Assembly: GCA_951406725.2 (NCBI GenBank)
Contig: OX597814.1
Location: 154,938,001 to 155,002,000, forward strand
Length of the DNA: 64,000 nt
Origin: Octopus vulgaris
Taxonomy: Eukaryota
Direction of reading: 5' to 3'
Shown: positions 50,880-64,000 of the stretch, piece after piece
Position numbering within the stretch: the stretch's first letter is position 1
Layout: every line of letters starts with the position of its first letter
Position numbers and translations under genes: made by a program
The notes under the pieces: generated by a model
Databases searched by the model: none
The model's input: the letters and a program-made list of their open reading frames with translations, nothing else
Told to the model about the DNA's origin: nothing

Positions 50880-51365
50880 TAAAATTAACATACAAGCGGC
50901 TGAGCACTCCATAGGCACGAGTAATTTTAGCGTAGTTCTCATAGAGATTCAACGTGACAAGGCTGGCTCTTTGAATTACAAGCACTACTCATTTTTGTCA
51001 GATGACAGAACTGGGGGAAACTCAACTAAAGTGTGTTGCTCAAGGACACAACGTGCTGTTGAGTATCGAACTGATGGCCTTACGATTGTGAGCCGAATAC
51101 TCTAACCTCTTTGCAAGTGATAAGGCTCATTACCAAGTCATATAAACTCATAGGACAGATTTTCCGGTTTTCATAACCCTTATATTCCCCACTGGACGGG
51201 ACGCCGCTCCGTCGAAGGATGACTCGTTTTTGACAGCTAGTGGACTGCAGCAACGTGAAATGAAGTATTTTGCTCAAGAACACAACGCATTGCTCGGTCC
51301 AGAAACCGAAACCATAATCTTATGATCACGAATCCAACATGCTAACCACTAAGCCATGCGCCTGC
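50880..51365 (-). mobile_element. Two tRNA-derived CORE-like SINEs (third family)
   Basis: TTGCTCAAG.ACACAACG core twice; reverse-complement B-box GTTCGAT/GGTTCGGT and A-box CATGGCTTAGTGGTTAG. Confidence 0.7.
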
Positions 51366-51849
51366 ACTTGCTGAACCAGGATTAATATGGAATGAACCAA
51401 CATTGATAATAACGACAACGATATCTTCCTACTGAATTTAGAATTAAAAAATAGCCTAAGAATTGAAAGAAAATCTCAGTAATCAAAATCAAACAAAATT
51501 TATGTTTTTACTGCCTCGATATTAGGCAACACACCGACAGGGAATTTCAGCTGTGGCTCAAGTAGAATTGAAAAAAGGAAAATAATCCCTCCCCCCAAAT
51601 AGCGTTGAGTAGAATGCAATTATCACCATGTTGAAATTAATTTCCTGTGTTGTATGCATTTTCAACAAAAAAAAACAAACAAAAAACAATGACCTAAATG
51701 CTTCGTGAAATGGTTGAGACCAATATTTCACGAACTACTTAACTGAGACTCGAAGTCACAATTTTAAGGCACGATGTGGTAACATAGGTTCCGTTGAGTT
51801 AATCTTATTAATCCACTACCCATCACAAACAAACACATAGATACACACA

Positions 51850-51884
<35 letters not shown>

Positions 51885-52200
51885 ACACATACACACACAC
51901 ACAAACACATACACAATCTGCTTGTGAATATTGCTAGAGAGGAGAAATACCCAAGAAGCAAGAACCATGAATATCGTGGGTCATTTGATTTAATTACTGA
52001 TTTTGTAGTCATTGGACTTCCTCCATACTGGGGTAGCCCGCTGGGGATTTTACCAAGAAACGAAAAGCTCTGAACGTGAAGAGACGTAATTAACTAACTC
52101 ACTATACTGTTGTTCGATGCACCAATTCTGCAAGTCTACTGATACTTACATACATATCCACATACTCCTATATGTGTATATATATGTGAGTGTGTATGTG

Positions 52201-52258
<58 letters not shown>

Positions 52259-52427
52259 ATATATATATATATATATATTCAAAAAGCAATAAAGATTCAA
52301 GTTAATTTAAATGAATTTACTTGAATATGGTACCTAACTTAGATGCACCAAAAAAACTATACTGATTTAACAATACAGTAATGTGGGGTGATTATAAGCG
52401 AGAATGAAGCAACAAGAATGGATAGGT

Positions 52428-52518
52428 TTTTAGTACAATCGTTTCATACAAGGACAGGTTTTATTAAAAGTTGCAAAAATTACAGCATATAAACGTGTCC
52501 CGTACTCATCAGCTAAAA
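52428..52518 (-). ncRNA. Type I hammerhead ribozyme motif (mirror copy)
   Basis: Reverse complement of 52753-52843 within the left arm. Confidence 0.8.
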
Positions 52519-52752
52519 TACATGTGAGTTCTCTAGACATCCTAGTGGTTGAGGCTATACTCATGAAGTAATGTAGATAATTAAGTAACATAAACAGATT
52601 TCAAAAGTTCATTAAAGTTCTTTAAAGATGATGTACAGTCTTATCACAGAATTTTAAAAAAAGTCTTAATAGCATCACAGAGAAGGTGACCCAATCCATA
52701 GTGCACATATGAATTTCCAGAGATATGATGAGGGATTACATACTCACATGTA

Positions 52753-52843
52753 TTTTAGCTGATGAGTACGGGACACGTTTATATGCTGTAATTTTTGCAA
52801 CTTTTAATAAAACCTGTCCTTGTATGAAACGATTGTACTAAAA
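52753..52843 (+). ncRNA. Type I hammerhead ribozyme motif
   Basis: Stem I TTTTAG/CTAAAA, core CTGATGA (52759-52765), extended stem II GTACGGGACA/TGTCCTTGTAT, GAAAC (52826-52830), self-complementary stem III ACGATTGT, cleavage triplet GTA (after 52837). Confidence 0.8.
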
Positions 52844-52890
52844 ACCTATCCATTCTTGTTGCTTCATTCTCGCTTATATATATATATATG

Positions 52891-52955
<65 letters not shown>

Positions 52956-53100
52956 ATATATATGTATGTATATATATTTATACAGACACAGACAGACACA
53001 CATACATGTATACATATAGACATACACACCTAAATTTCTATATATGTACTTGCATTTATATATAGGTATGGATATATAATATCGGTATATACATGATTTT

Positions 53101-53151
<51 letters not shown>

Positions 53152-53584
53152 TGTGTGCATTTGTGCATGCAGGTATATATGTGCATGCGTTTGTTTAAGA
53201 AACTGTCTCGATATCTGTTTTTTAGTCAGCATCGCTTGAAAAACAGTAGTTTGTGTTCCTATTTCTTATATTAAAGGTTGCGCGAAGTGACCAATAAAAG
53301 GTATCACAAATAAGCATTAGATATCATATGTTCGACTAGAACCCTTCAACTCCGCCCAGTATGGCTGTTGTCCATAGTTAAAGCAAGTTAAATATTAACA
53401 CACACACACTAAACACATGCACACATACAGAAGCATACACACAAGCACACATATCATGGGCATGGTTCAACAAATGGAGGCAATGAATTCATATGAGAAT
53501 TATAAATGAAATTTTAAAGTTAATAGAAATTTGGCAGCAACTCAAGTTTCATGTTCGTGCAAAATATCTTAGTTCAGTTTAAAT

Positions 53585-54231
53585 CAGTGCTTCTCACCGG
53601 GGGTCCATATGACCCTTTGGGGTCCAATGTAAGATTTTGCTATTAAAATTTATGCGCAATAAATTGGTTAAACTTTTACAATGCACAAAATATTCTAATA
53701 ATTTTTTATAGGCGTGGCTGTGTGGTAAGAAGTTTGCTTCCCAGTCATATGGTTCTGGGTTTAGTCCCGTTGCGTGGCACCTTGGGCAAGTGTTCTACTA
53801 TAACCTCGGGCCGGCCGAAGCCTCTGAGTGGATTTGATTGACAGAAACTGCAAGAAGCCAGTCGTATATATATATATATGTATATTTATGCGTGTGTCTC
53901 TTTGTGTCTGTGTTTATTCCTCCACCATCACTTGACAACCGGTGTTGTTGCGTTTACATCCTCGTAACCTTGTGGTTCGGCAAACGACTGATAGACTTAT
54001 TCTTAGAAAGAGTAACTCCTGGGGTCGATTTCTTCGACTAGAACCTTTCAAGAAATGCCCCAGCATGGTCACAGTCAAATGACTGAAACAAGAAAAAGGA
54101 TAAAAGAATTCCTAATAATATTTAGTTATTGAATGTTTTAGAATTTTTTGAACATCGAATGGCTATGAGGGATCACCTAACAAAAATTGGAATCAAAAGG
54201 ATCCATAGGTAAAAATGACCGAGAACCACTT
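53585..54231. mobile_element. hAT (Charlie-like) MITE containing a SINE B insertion
   Basis: CAGTGCTTCTCA... / ...CGAGAACCACT termini; degenerate 8-bp TSD GTTTAAAT/GTTAAGAT; related 5' end at ~12539. Confidence 0.6.
53709..54105 (+). mobile_element. SINE family B, full length
   Basis: GGCGTGGCTGTGTGGTAAG..GGCACCTTGGGCAAGTG..AGTCAAATGACTGAAACAAG. Confidence 0.88.
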
Positions 54232-55021
54232 GTTAAGATAATCGAAGTTTATTCGTCTCATGCATTGATCGGGTCGCGTCAGGAAATGTTCTAAGCATAG
54301 CTGACAACAATTTACGAGATATTGCGACATTTCAGCTTCCAGCTTTTTCCTCTTTCACCTACATAACAAGCTGCTATTTACTACTCATGACAAACAACAT
54401 CCAGATGCAGCCACAGTTCTAACATGAACCATTATAGACTATCCGAAGAACTATGGCTAACAGTATACCAAAATATTGTAGACCTTCTCAACGACTATAG
54501 GTAATCTCCCATGCGCATACCGTACAGCCAAAATATTTCTTGACACTTAACCAAACATTTTGTGTATGCGAGTTGTCCCATCTCAATTTTATACTTCCTT
54601 GCAGATACCACATTTTCTTGCGTAATTTTGTGAATTACTGCCAGTTACATTTTGTATTATTTTCTGACAATTTGATGATTGAATTCGGAGATTAACTTTC
54701 ATATATCCCAAACGAAGAAAAATATTTCATCCGAACATGAAACTTGAGTCACCGCTAAGATCCCTTTGAATTATTGTACATAAAACACACTACACATATA
54801 TACACATACACTTGCATACACATACACATACATACACGAATTGAATACGAAGTGGATAATGAGACATATTCACAGCCGTTTAAAGTACCACAAGATAAGT
54901 TTTTAAAACTGTTTTAATTCCATAAAATTTATCTCAGGCTGTCTGAAGCCCATCAGCTTGTGTGTGCGTGAGAGAGAGAGAGAAAGAGAGGGAGAGAGAG
55001 AGAGAGAGAGCGTGCGTGTGC

Positions 55022-55085
<64 letters not shown>

Positions 55086-55109
55086 CGTACACTGAATGCA
55101 CACACACAT

Positions 55110-57710
55110 ACACCTTTTTGCATCCAGGCAGCCCCCCTCTTTTCTGCTTTCCGGTTTTGGCTGATGGATCCTCGGTTCCCGCGTAGCGGGGCGTTCGAGG
55201 GCCTTTGCGCTCGCGCGCCTTGGCGCGCGCTGGGGGCTCGGTCGGCCCCTTTGGGCTTGCGTTGCACTGCTTGTGCGTTGTGTGCGTGAGCGCGCTTCGT
55301 GTGTGTGGGCTTGCTTCGGATGTGCGCTTGCGTATGTTTGCATACATACCCACACACTCGCATGCATCCCTACCCACATACATACACGCACACCTACTCA
55401 CACACACACATACACACACACACATACCCGCACACACACACACATACATACATACACACACATACCCACTTCAGACATACACACACACAGACATACACCC
55501 ATACACCCACACTCACACGCATACACACACACACATACACACGCACACGTACACATACACACACACACACACCCACATACATACATTACACTTGTATACG
55601 CACACACTTACATTCATACACACACACACCTACACAGCCATACCCTCACTCAGACACACACATCTACCTACACACACACAAACACACACTGACACACACC
55701 CATACATAGATACATCTACACACTCACGCCTACACACATACATACACACATACATAAACACACACACATACACATACACACACATACGCACACACGCATA
55801 TACTTATACACATGCACACACACACACATACATACACCCATATACATACACACACACATACCTACATACTCCTATACGCACATACATACACACAGACATA
55901 CACACATACACACTCACACAAACATACACACACACATACTTACACACACACTCACCTGCACGCGCACACACATGCATGACAAACACTCATACACTCACAC
56001 TCACATACGCACACACCAACATAAACACGCACACGCACACACACACCTACACTCCCACACACATACACACGCACCTACATACACACACGCACGCATACAC
56101 ACGCATACACACATACATTACACACGTACACACACACCTACATACACATGCACACACACACACACACAAACATGCACGGACACACCCAGACATACATACA
56201 TACACCTATATACACACGCCTACACACCTACATACACACACATATACACACGCCCACACAGCTACATACACACACATACATACACACATACACGGACACA
56301 CCCATACATACTTACATACATACACCTATACACACACGCCTACACACCTACACACACACATGCACACACACACACATGTACGCACATACACACACATATA
56401 CGCACACACATATATACCCACACACATGCACACACACACACATACGCACATACATGCACGCATGCACACGCGCACACCTACACGCATACACACACACACA
56501 CGCACGTACACATACATACATACACACACGCATACATACACCCATACACATACATGCATCCTACACACACATACATACACACTCACACATACATACACAC
56601 ACACGCACTCACTCACACACCTGTATGTTCGCGCACACACATGCACATACACACACTTCCCCACACCCACACGTACATACATACACACTCATACACACAT
56701 ACACACACACACACACACACGGACATACATCTATGCACACACATATATACACACATACTCACATACATTCATCGGACACACTGCCACCCAGACATACACA
56801 CAGACACACTCACACATCCACACGCACACATACGTACGCGCACACTCGCAGGCTCGCGCACACACGCGTTTGCGCCGGTTCGCGCACGCATGCGCCCGCA
56901 TGCACCTCGCCCTTGGATCCGACGAGACCTCCCGCCCGTTCCTGGGATGTCGCTTGTCGTTGGGTTTTCCCACGCCCGTCTCCGCGGGACCACTCCTCCA
57001 TCTTCCCCTCCGCTGGAGTCCTTTTTCCCCCCCCCCCCCTTTTTTTCGTTACACACACGCGCACACATATACACACATTGCTTAAACATATACATCACTC
57101 TTACACACATTCAATCTACTCGCCACTAATACTACCACGACACTGGACACACACACACACTACTACTCAACACACGCTGGCACGCTACATACGCCCCCAC
57201 CCCTTCCCCTCCCTCCCTTCCTCCTTCCTCCCTTTTCTCACTACTGACCTTTGTCTGCTATGCTGCTGCTATGCTGACCACCGTCTCGCCCTACCTCACA
57301 CGCCTACACACAGACGCACACACTAACACATACATATATTTTTTGTTTTTTTACCTCGCCTCACACACACACATACACACACGCACACGCACACACTCAC
57401 ACATACACACACATCTGTTGCGTTACCAACCTTGTCTCCACTCTTTTGCCTTTAAAAACCCACTTTGCTCTTGTTATCGTAAACATCCGCCTTTCACCAT
57501 GTGCTTCTGCTAACACCAGCCGTTTTTTTCTCTATCTCCGTTGCCCGCTCCGGGATCTTTCTTTCCTCTCTCTTCCTTCTTTATGTTTCCGACGAAGAGC
57601 TCCGCTCGAAACGTCATACCTCCCTGCTTCCATTTCCTGAGCGCCTATTAATAATAATACTGTAATTGTTCCCTTGTTGTTGTTTTTTTGTTTCCCGTTT
57701 GGATTAAAAT
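55110..57710 (+). mobile_element. Penelope-like remnant with ~1.5-kb imperfect CA/CATA tract and hammerhead-like tail
   Basis: GC-rich islands at 55120-55330 and 56850-57030; FIGHT..RLRRFAH..LGSDETSRPF resembles GIY-YIG; tail GTTT-CCGACGA-A-GAGC-TCC-GCTC-GAAAC-GTC (57585-57615) matches the 35262 family. Confidence 0.55.
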
Positions 57711-58073
57711 TATATATATATATATATATATATGAATTAATTATTTAATTGCCATGCCAAAAAACGTGCAATAAAAGATTTACTCTTGGCATTATAATTA
57801 AGTTCCAGCTTGTGTTTAGTATAAATAACCATTTGAGGTAATTTATTTTCATTGGCAAATGAATGAGGTGGTATTTGTTCTCTGATGAGTGGTCACCAAA
57901 CCGTAAAATGTCTGGACAACTTTTAAAGATTCCTCTTTGTACCAACAGAATAAGATGTATTCACATGTTTAAAGTTCCAAAGCAAAAGGCTTAAATCTGC
58001 AGCTTAAATCTGTAGTTTAGTAAAATTTGTCTTAGGTTTCCTAAAATACGCCATGTTGTATGTATGTATGTGT

Positions 58074-58165
<92 letters not shown>

Positions 58166-58620
58166 ATGTGTACATATCCAACAGGTTTTTATAGAATATC
58201 CATCTGCCAAATTTCACCTACAAGGCTTTGGTATATTCGAGACTAGAATAGAAGACTATAACTCAAGACCTTGCGCAGCGTTAGCGAAATCGGAACCTCG
58301 TGATTATGAAATGAACCACTGAAGCCTATGGAAATAAGTGTCATATCTGGAAATCACATCTATTAACTTCGCTTGGATACACTCCATTAATGATAATATA
58401 GGAGCTATGTTAGTAGAAATAATGTATAACATGTATATAGGCATACCAAATATTACATTCCTTAACAGAATAATATCAACTAATTGATAGCGCGCCTGAA
58501 TGGCGTTACAGGATAAGTTTTGCTGAACAAAATGTTATGCTTGAAGACACTTATCTTCAGGTGGGCTTGTAAATTGGCTTCGATCTCTGCGTTTGAAACC
58601 TATTCACATTGCAAAACACA

Positions 58621-59374
58621 TATAATGGATGGCAAGGTTTACGATATCTGGAGAATATCGCCTTCCTCCTTTATCTTTTTTTGTTCTTCGAGTAGTTCAG
58701 GCTCCGGCAGGCGAAGAGAGAAGACTTCAAGTACAAATGCTATTTACAACTGGTTTATTTACTAGTTTCACAGGATAGGTGAAGTGTGCTACTCTCAGCA
58801 ACCATTTTTAGCTGTGTGCGTTGTGTAGTAGCTCCGTTAGTGCGGGCACATTGCCTCTGGAGATACAACATACAGACAGGCCCAGCCAAATGGAGTGCGC
58901 TCAGCCAGCGCTGCTGCTAAGAGCCGGAAAGAGAGGCGGCAAAAGAGAGAATGAAACTGTTTCTGTTTTGCTCCTATATACTACAGTTTGCCATCGCAAA
59001 GGCGGTGAGCTGGCAGAAACGTTAGCACGCCGGGCGAAATGCGTAGCCGTATTTCGTCTGTCGTTACGTTCTGAGTTCAAATTCCGCCGAGGTAGACTTT
59101 GCCTTTCATCTTTTCGGGGTCGATAAATTAAGTACCAGTCACGCACTGGAGTCGATGTAATCGATTTAATCCCTTTGTCTGTCCTTGTTTGTCCCATCTG
59201 TGTTTAGCCCCTTGTGGGTTGTAAAGAAATATATATACAATTTGCCATCGCGAGCCTCGTTGTGATCTCGCGCATGGCAAATGGATGCAGGTGAGGTCTC
59301 GCTCCAGTCTCGGAGATGGCAATGGCTGCCGTGGGATCTAATCCAATATGGCGCTGACTGCTTGTGCCGCTACA
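58621..59374 (-). mobile_element. Probable solo LTR (interrupted by a SINE)
   Basis: Minus strand begins TGTAGCGG, then TATATAGGAG (~58975) and AATAAA (~58755); ends TTATA; 4-bp CACA flanks on both sides. Confidence 0.45.
58998..59235 (+). mobile_element. SINE family A with 16-bp TSD
   Basis: TSD TACAGTTTGCCATCGC (58982-58997) / TACAATTTGCCATCGC (59236-59251). Confidence 0.93.
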
Positions 59375-59784
59375 CACATATCATGAACTGCATAGAGAAT
59401 AACAAGAACTACATAGTTTAATTTTTACATCTCTTTAAACTTATGTGCTTTGTACCGAGATTAGCAAGCAACATAGACTCACGTGCAACTTGACAACTGA
59501 AGCTTAGGAGGTTTTGAAGTTACAGAATCATACCCTACAGATATAATCCTTATCTCATCTGGCAAGACTGATCGCATATTTGGAAAAATTAAACATTTTA
59601 ATGTTATGTTATTCTTTAGAAATTTCAGTTACCAGTTTCATATACATACATACACACATACATATATACATAGAGAGAGAGAGAGAGGAGAGACAGGGAG
59701 AGGAGGAGAGAGACTTATATACATGCACAAATACAGACGCTCATATAGGCATACATACATGCACATATATACGTGTATGTATGA

Positions 59785-59830
<46 letters not shown>

Positions 59831-60001
59831 AACACTCACATACACACGCACACACACACACATACACACATACATATACACACGTGCTCGCATATATATT
59901 TCTTTAATAATTACGCAGTTACGTGTGCGAAAGAATGTGTAGTGTATGTATGTGTGAGTTGCTGTGTCTGGCTATGTGTGATCAGCACGACAGTATTCCA
60001 T

Positions 60002-60010
60002 ATAATAATG

Positions 60011-60089
<79 letters not shown>

Positions 60090-60094
60090 TAATG

Positions 60095-60167
<73 letters not shown>

Positions 60168-60168
60168 T
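60002..60168. repeat. (AAT)n microsatellite
   Basis: Direct observation. Confidence 0.95.
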
Positions 60169-60547
60169 ATTTTGGTGGGTTGGTGGTGATGATGGTGGTG
60201 TCATCAACTAAAATTTGTTTTACAGATTCAAAATATTACGAATTCGAGTTTTGTCACACCTGAACGGAAAGATTAACAGAGCGAGATTATTAAAAGAGGA
60301 AACGGTTTAAACCTAATCCCATCAGTAATCAAAGTGCCGGATTACCTTGTAACGAGAAACCGTTCATAATCCAACATAGGAAATGGAAGTATGAGACATT
60401 TTAATTAAGTTCTGTGTAATGACGTAATCAGCGCGAAAAACATTCTCAAGGCGCCTTCTCTAGCAGTGAGGGAATTAGAGATGTGAATCTTAGATACAGG
60501 AATATATTCGGGTTTTATGCAGTAAATATGGCGCTTAAGTGTGTGCG

Positions 60548-60612
<65 letters not shown>

Positions 60613-61032
60613 AAGAAAGAGAAAGAGAAAGAGAGAGAGAGAAAAAGAGAAAGGGAAAAAGAGAGAGAGAAAGAAGAGCCAAATAGAAGAAGAGTTGTAA
60701 AGAGGAGATTGAGAGAAAACGGTGTATGAGCGAGTGAGTAAAATGTCAGAGAATTCGACGGAGAGAGGAAGAAAGGAGGAAGAGGGCGAGAGAGAAAAGA
60801 AGAAAGAAAGAAAGAGAGAGAGAGAGAAAAGAAGAGAAGGGGCGTGGCCCCCAGCAAACCAATCAGTCAACCAACCAGTTGACCAACGAACAAAGCTAAA
60901 GAGATGAATATTGAGAGACAAAGAGAGAGTTACCTAATCCCCTTCATTAGGTTACAGCTGTTTTGCTATGAGAAACATTGCATTTAGCACATATATGTAT
61001 GTATAAATATATATATATACATATATAGAGAG

Positions 61033-61144
61033 AGAATGGTTGTATACTGTCAATCTAACACGAACGTGACAGTAGGGGGTACACCACCGCCCCACCACCC
61101 CCTAATGTCACGTTCGTGTTAGATTGACAGCATACAACTATTCT
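61033..61144. repeat. ~48-bp inverted repeat in TA-embedded insert
   Basis: AGAATGGTTGTATACTGTCAATCTAACACGAACGTGACAGTAGGGGGT / ACCCCCTAATGTCACGTTCGTGTTAGATTGACAGCATACAACTATTCT. Confidence 0.9.
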
Positions 61145-61195
61145 ATCGCCCCACCACCGTACATGTCTCTACGAGAGATTTAGAAATTTAGTATT

Positions 61196-61232
<37 letters not shown>

Positions 61233-61265
61233 TATATGTATACGTGTCCATGCTTGTACGTACCT

Positions 61266-61342
<77 letters not shown>

Positions 61343-61399
61343 TCATAACGAAATGTTAGCGCCGAGGAGTGCTTATTGTTTTGGCATAAGCAAAATGTA

Positions 61400-62275
61400 A
61401 GGTCAATTAAAATGTTTGTGGCATATTTCAACTCCTAAAAGCAAATTGACTGTAGTTTGACGACTCTGAACAAATAGGGTGTCCACAAATATCTGCCAGG
61501 CTGCATTTATACTGCCTGGAGTGAGAGACCAATCAACTGAAAGACCAATCAACGAGTAAAAGATCGTGGGTGATTGCATTTTAGTTAGCATTGTGGAGAT
61601 CCATGAAATCAAAAGGGTGTGTTGGATTGAAATCGTAAGGCGTCACAATTGGTTGCTGGAATCTCAGGCTGCAGAGTACTATGTCATGATCAGAAAGAAG
61701 AATTTTTTCCACTGCATTATTGTGGATAGTGTTAGTATAGTTACCACAAATTCCAATGTGTTTTTGGTGAATCTCGTCGGCGCAAGCACAAGTTGGAAAT
61801 GGAAAAATTAGTCCATGAATTTGAATAGTGACTCCACAGCTACCTTGTGGATTTCAAGGTGTGATTAGACCAGTCAATACTCGGGTAAATGAAGTCATCC
61901 ATAATTAAAATATCAGATTGGTGCTGTTGGACGAAAGGTTTAATATTCATGAGGCATTCACCACTACCATGAAACATGGTAGTGGTGAATGTGGCGCCAC
62001 GTAGAGTCCAATTATTGCTAAATCATTAGATTTGTTGTACACATATACTGATTCACAATAGCCACTGAAGAACGAGGCGTTTGGATCTTCGGCAAATGAA
62101 TCTTGAAGGAAAATGGCAACTCTTCCCCTTCTTCTGCCGGTGCGGTCCGCGCAAATGGAGGTAAAATTCCACACTTTTGCTTTGGCTTCCAAGTAGGAGT
62201 TATCAAGGTGGATTTCATTGAGGACGAAGAAAAGAATGTGATGAGAGAAGTCGGCAATCTAATCTTCAACGAAGT
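61400..62275 (-). mobile_element. Older degraded copy of the CR1-group LINE (endonuclease region)
   Basis: ADRTGRRRGRVAIFLQDSF..FSGYCESV.VYNKSNDLAIIGLY closely parallels ORF2 at 19080-19280. Confidence 0.85.
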
Positions 62276-63416
62276 GAATAAGTAATAATAATAAGGTCCC
62301 TGATTATCACTCTCATTGTCAGTATCATTTATAATAACATCAACCCTAGTAACAATTGTATTAGGACTATGGCTCACCATTTCATAAACGCAGGACAAAC
62401 CTGATAAAAGCATAACTGAATATTTGGATGTAATGGAGTATGTAAAAGCTACTAACAACCTATTCTGCTGTGAATCCTTCTGTATATTATACGAGGATAA
62501 ATTCTGCCTCCTTAATTACTTTTCAGTTGACATCACAAAACTTTCTCTCATTACCCTAAATCTCTGTTCCGACTAAACAAATTAGTTCTTCCTTTCAGCC
62601 TTACATTGTACATCTAAAATTTGCTATACTTAGAATTGTCTTGTTTTAGCACCTATCCACCAATCTTGCACCCATTCTGTCTCTCTAATCAACGCACTAT
62701 TACATCACCTGCCTTCTCAAATTTTACTATTCTTTGCTTTTGACGTGACTGACACAAAATTAGTGTCATTATAATTCATGTTTATTGTTTTTTCCCTATT
62801 TACTGTGACTGATTTGTTGTATACTGTTTGCTTGCTCTATATTGATTGTCCATTACGTTTTTCTCCGGTCTTCCTTTAGTTTAGTTTCCCTCAGCAGTTT
62901 TATCTGTCTCCCATTTTTCTATAATTCTTCTTACTTCAATACCCTTTCTACATTTCTTGTCACTATTTTCCAATTGAACTTATATGTATTTATAAACACT
63001 ACTTTTTACTAAGCTATTTGCCCGTGTCTTCTGACGAGGATAATATGATTCTGCATAAGGAGACACTAAAAAATACGTGGCAGTCCATACACTTACAGTG
63101 TTAATGGACTTCATTAGATAATGTACAAGTTACGCACCAGTCATTGTAAATCGGAAACAATTTGAACTATTAGCTGAACGGTGTGGCTCTATCTCACATA
63201 GATCATACAATCATAAAATATCGGTAGATTTGTAATTACCATTCTTTTGGCAAACGTATTTCACGGGTGTATAGCATCCCCTTTGTGGAAGAGTTTTGAA
63301 AGAGCTTACATATTGGCATACTCAGCTACGAAGTGAATTTTCCATTAAGCTGGTGATGTATACTTCACTGTTATATCAGCAGTATTGGCCTGATAAACAG
63401 TATGGTTACTCAAACA

Positions 63417-63725
<309 letters not shown>

Positions 63726-64000
63726 GATGAAAGAATGTATGGTAAATAAACAAACGGCACAACGTATACTGAGTCTACAACCGGACGGGAGACAAACGCA
63801 GAATGTCCCTAATTCTTCATCAGTTTTCAACTAATTTAGTAATACTCAGCTTCGCACTATTAATGATAAGACTGAGAACTTCCTATATTGGCGGTGCCCG
63901 CAAAACTTTTTTGCGGAGAATTTAGGGCCTAGAGGAAAGAAAACAATATAGAATGGACATACAAAAGTGAATAAGTGAGATTTAGGACGATGGACAAAAA

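Larger units (their letters stand above)
52393..52878. mobile_element. Foldback element: perfect 137-bp inverted repeats with 212-bp spacer
   Basis: 52393-52529 is the exact reverse complement of 52742-52878 by eye; right end abuts (TA)n. Confidence 0.92.

Noticed and set aside
55205-57326. 626-, 392- and 385-aa His/Thr-rich ORFs as genes
   Set aside because: All three frames are open because CA-rich low-complexity DNA lacks stop codons

Overview
AT-rich, microsatellite-saturated animal genomic DNA. The SINE families and repeat landscape suggest an octopus or other cephalopod; this is an inference. No intact host protein-coding gene is recognisable. There is one strong minus-strand micro-exon candidate (11507-11554) and a CpG-rich exon-like island (~41.4-41.6 kb), so the window is probably largely intronic. 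Mobile elements dominate: a decayed Gypsy/Ty3 LTR element (5' LTR, tRNA-Ser PBS, gag, PR, RT, RH, IN), a near-intact CR1-group LINE whose ORF1 carries two CCCH fingers plus an older relative, an ORF1-only L1/Tx1-like element with 16-bp TSDs, Merlin, mariner, Tc1 and hAT remnants, Penelope-like (PLE) remnants, a 5S rRNA pseudogene and many tRNA-derived SINEs. The most unusual signal is a recurring set of short foldback elements and PLE tail modules sitting in (TA)n tracts that carry hammerhead-ribozyme motifs. One of them is a perfect 137-bp inverted repeat with a complete type I hammerhead on each strand. Almost all ORFs in the supplied track are microsatellite artefacts. All alignments and folds were done by eye, and boundaries of degraded elements are approximate.
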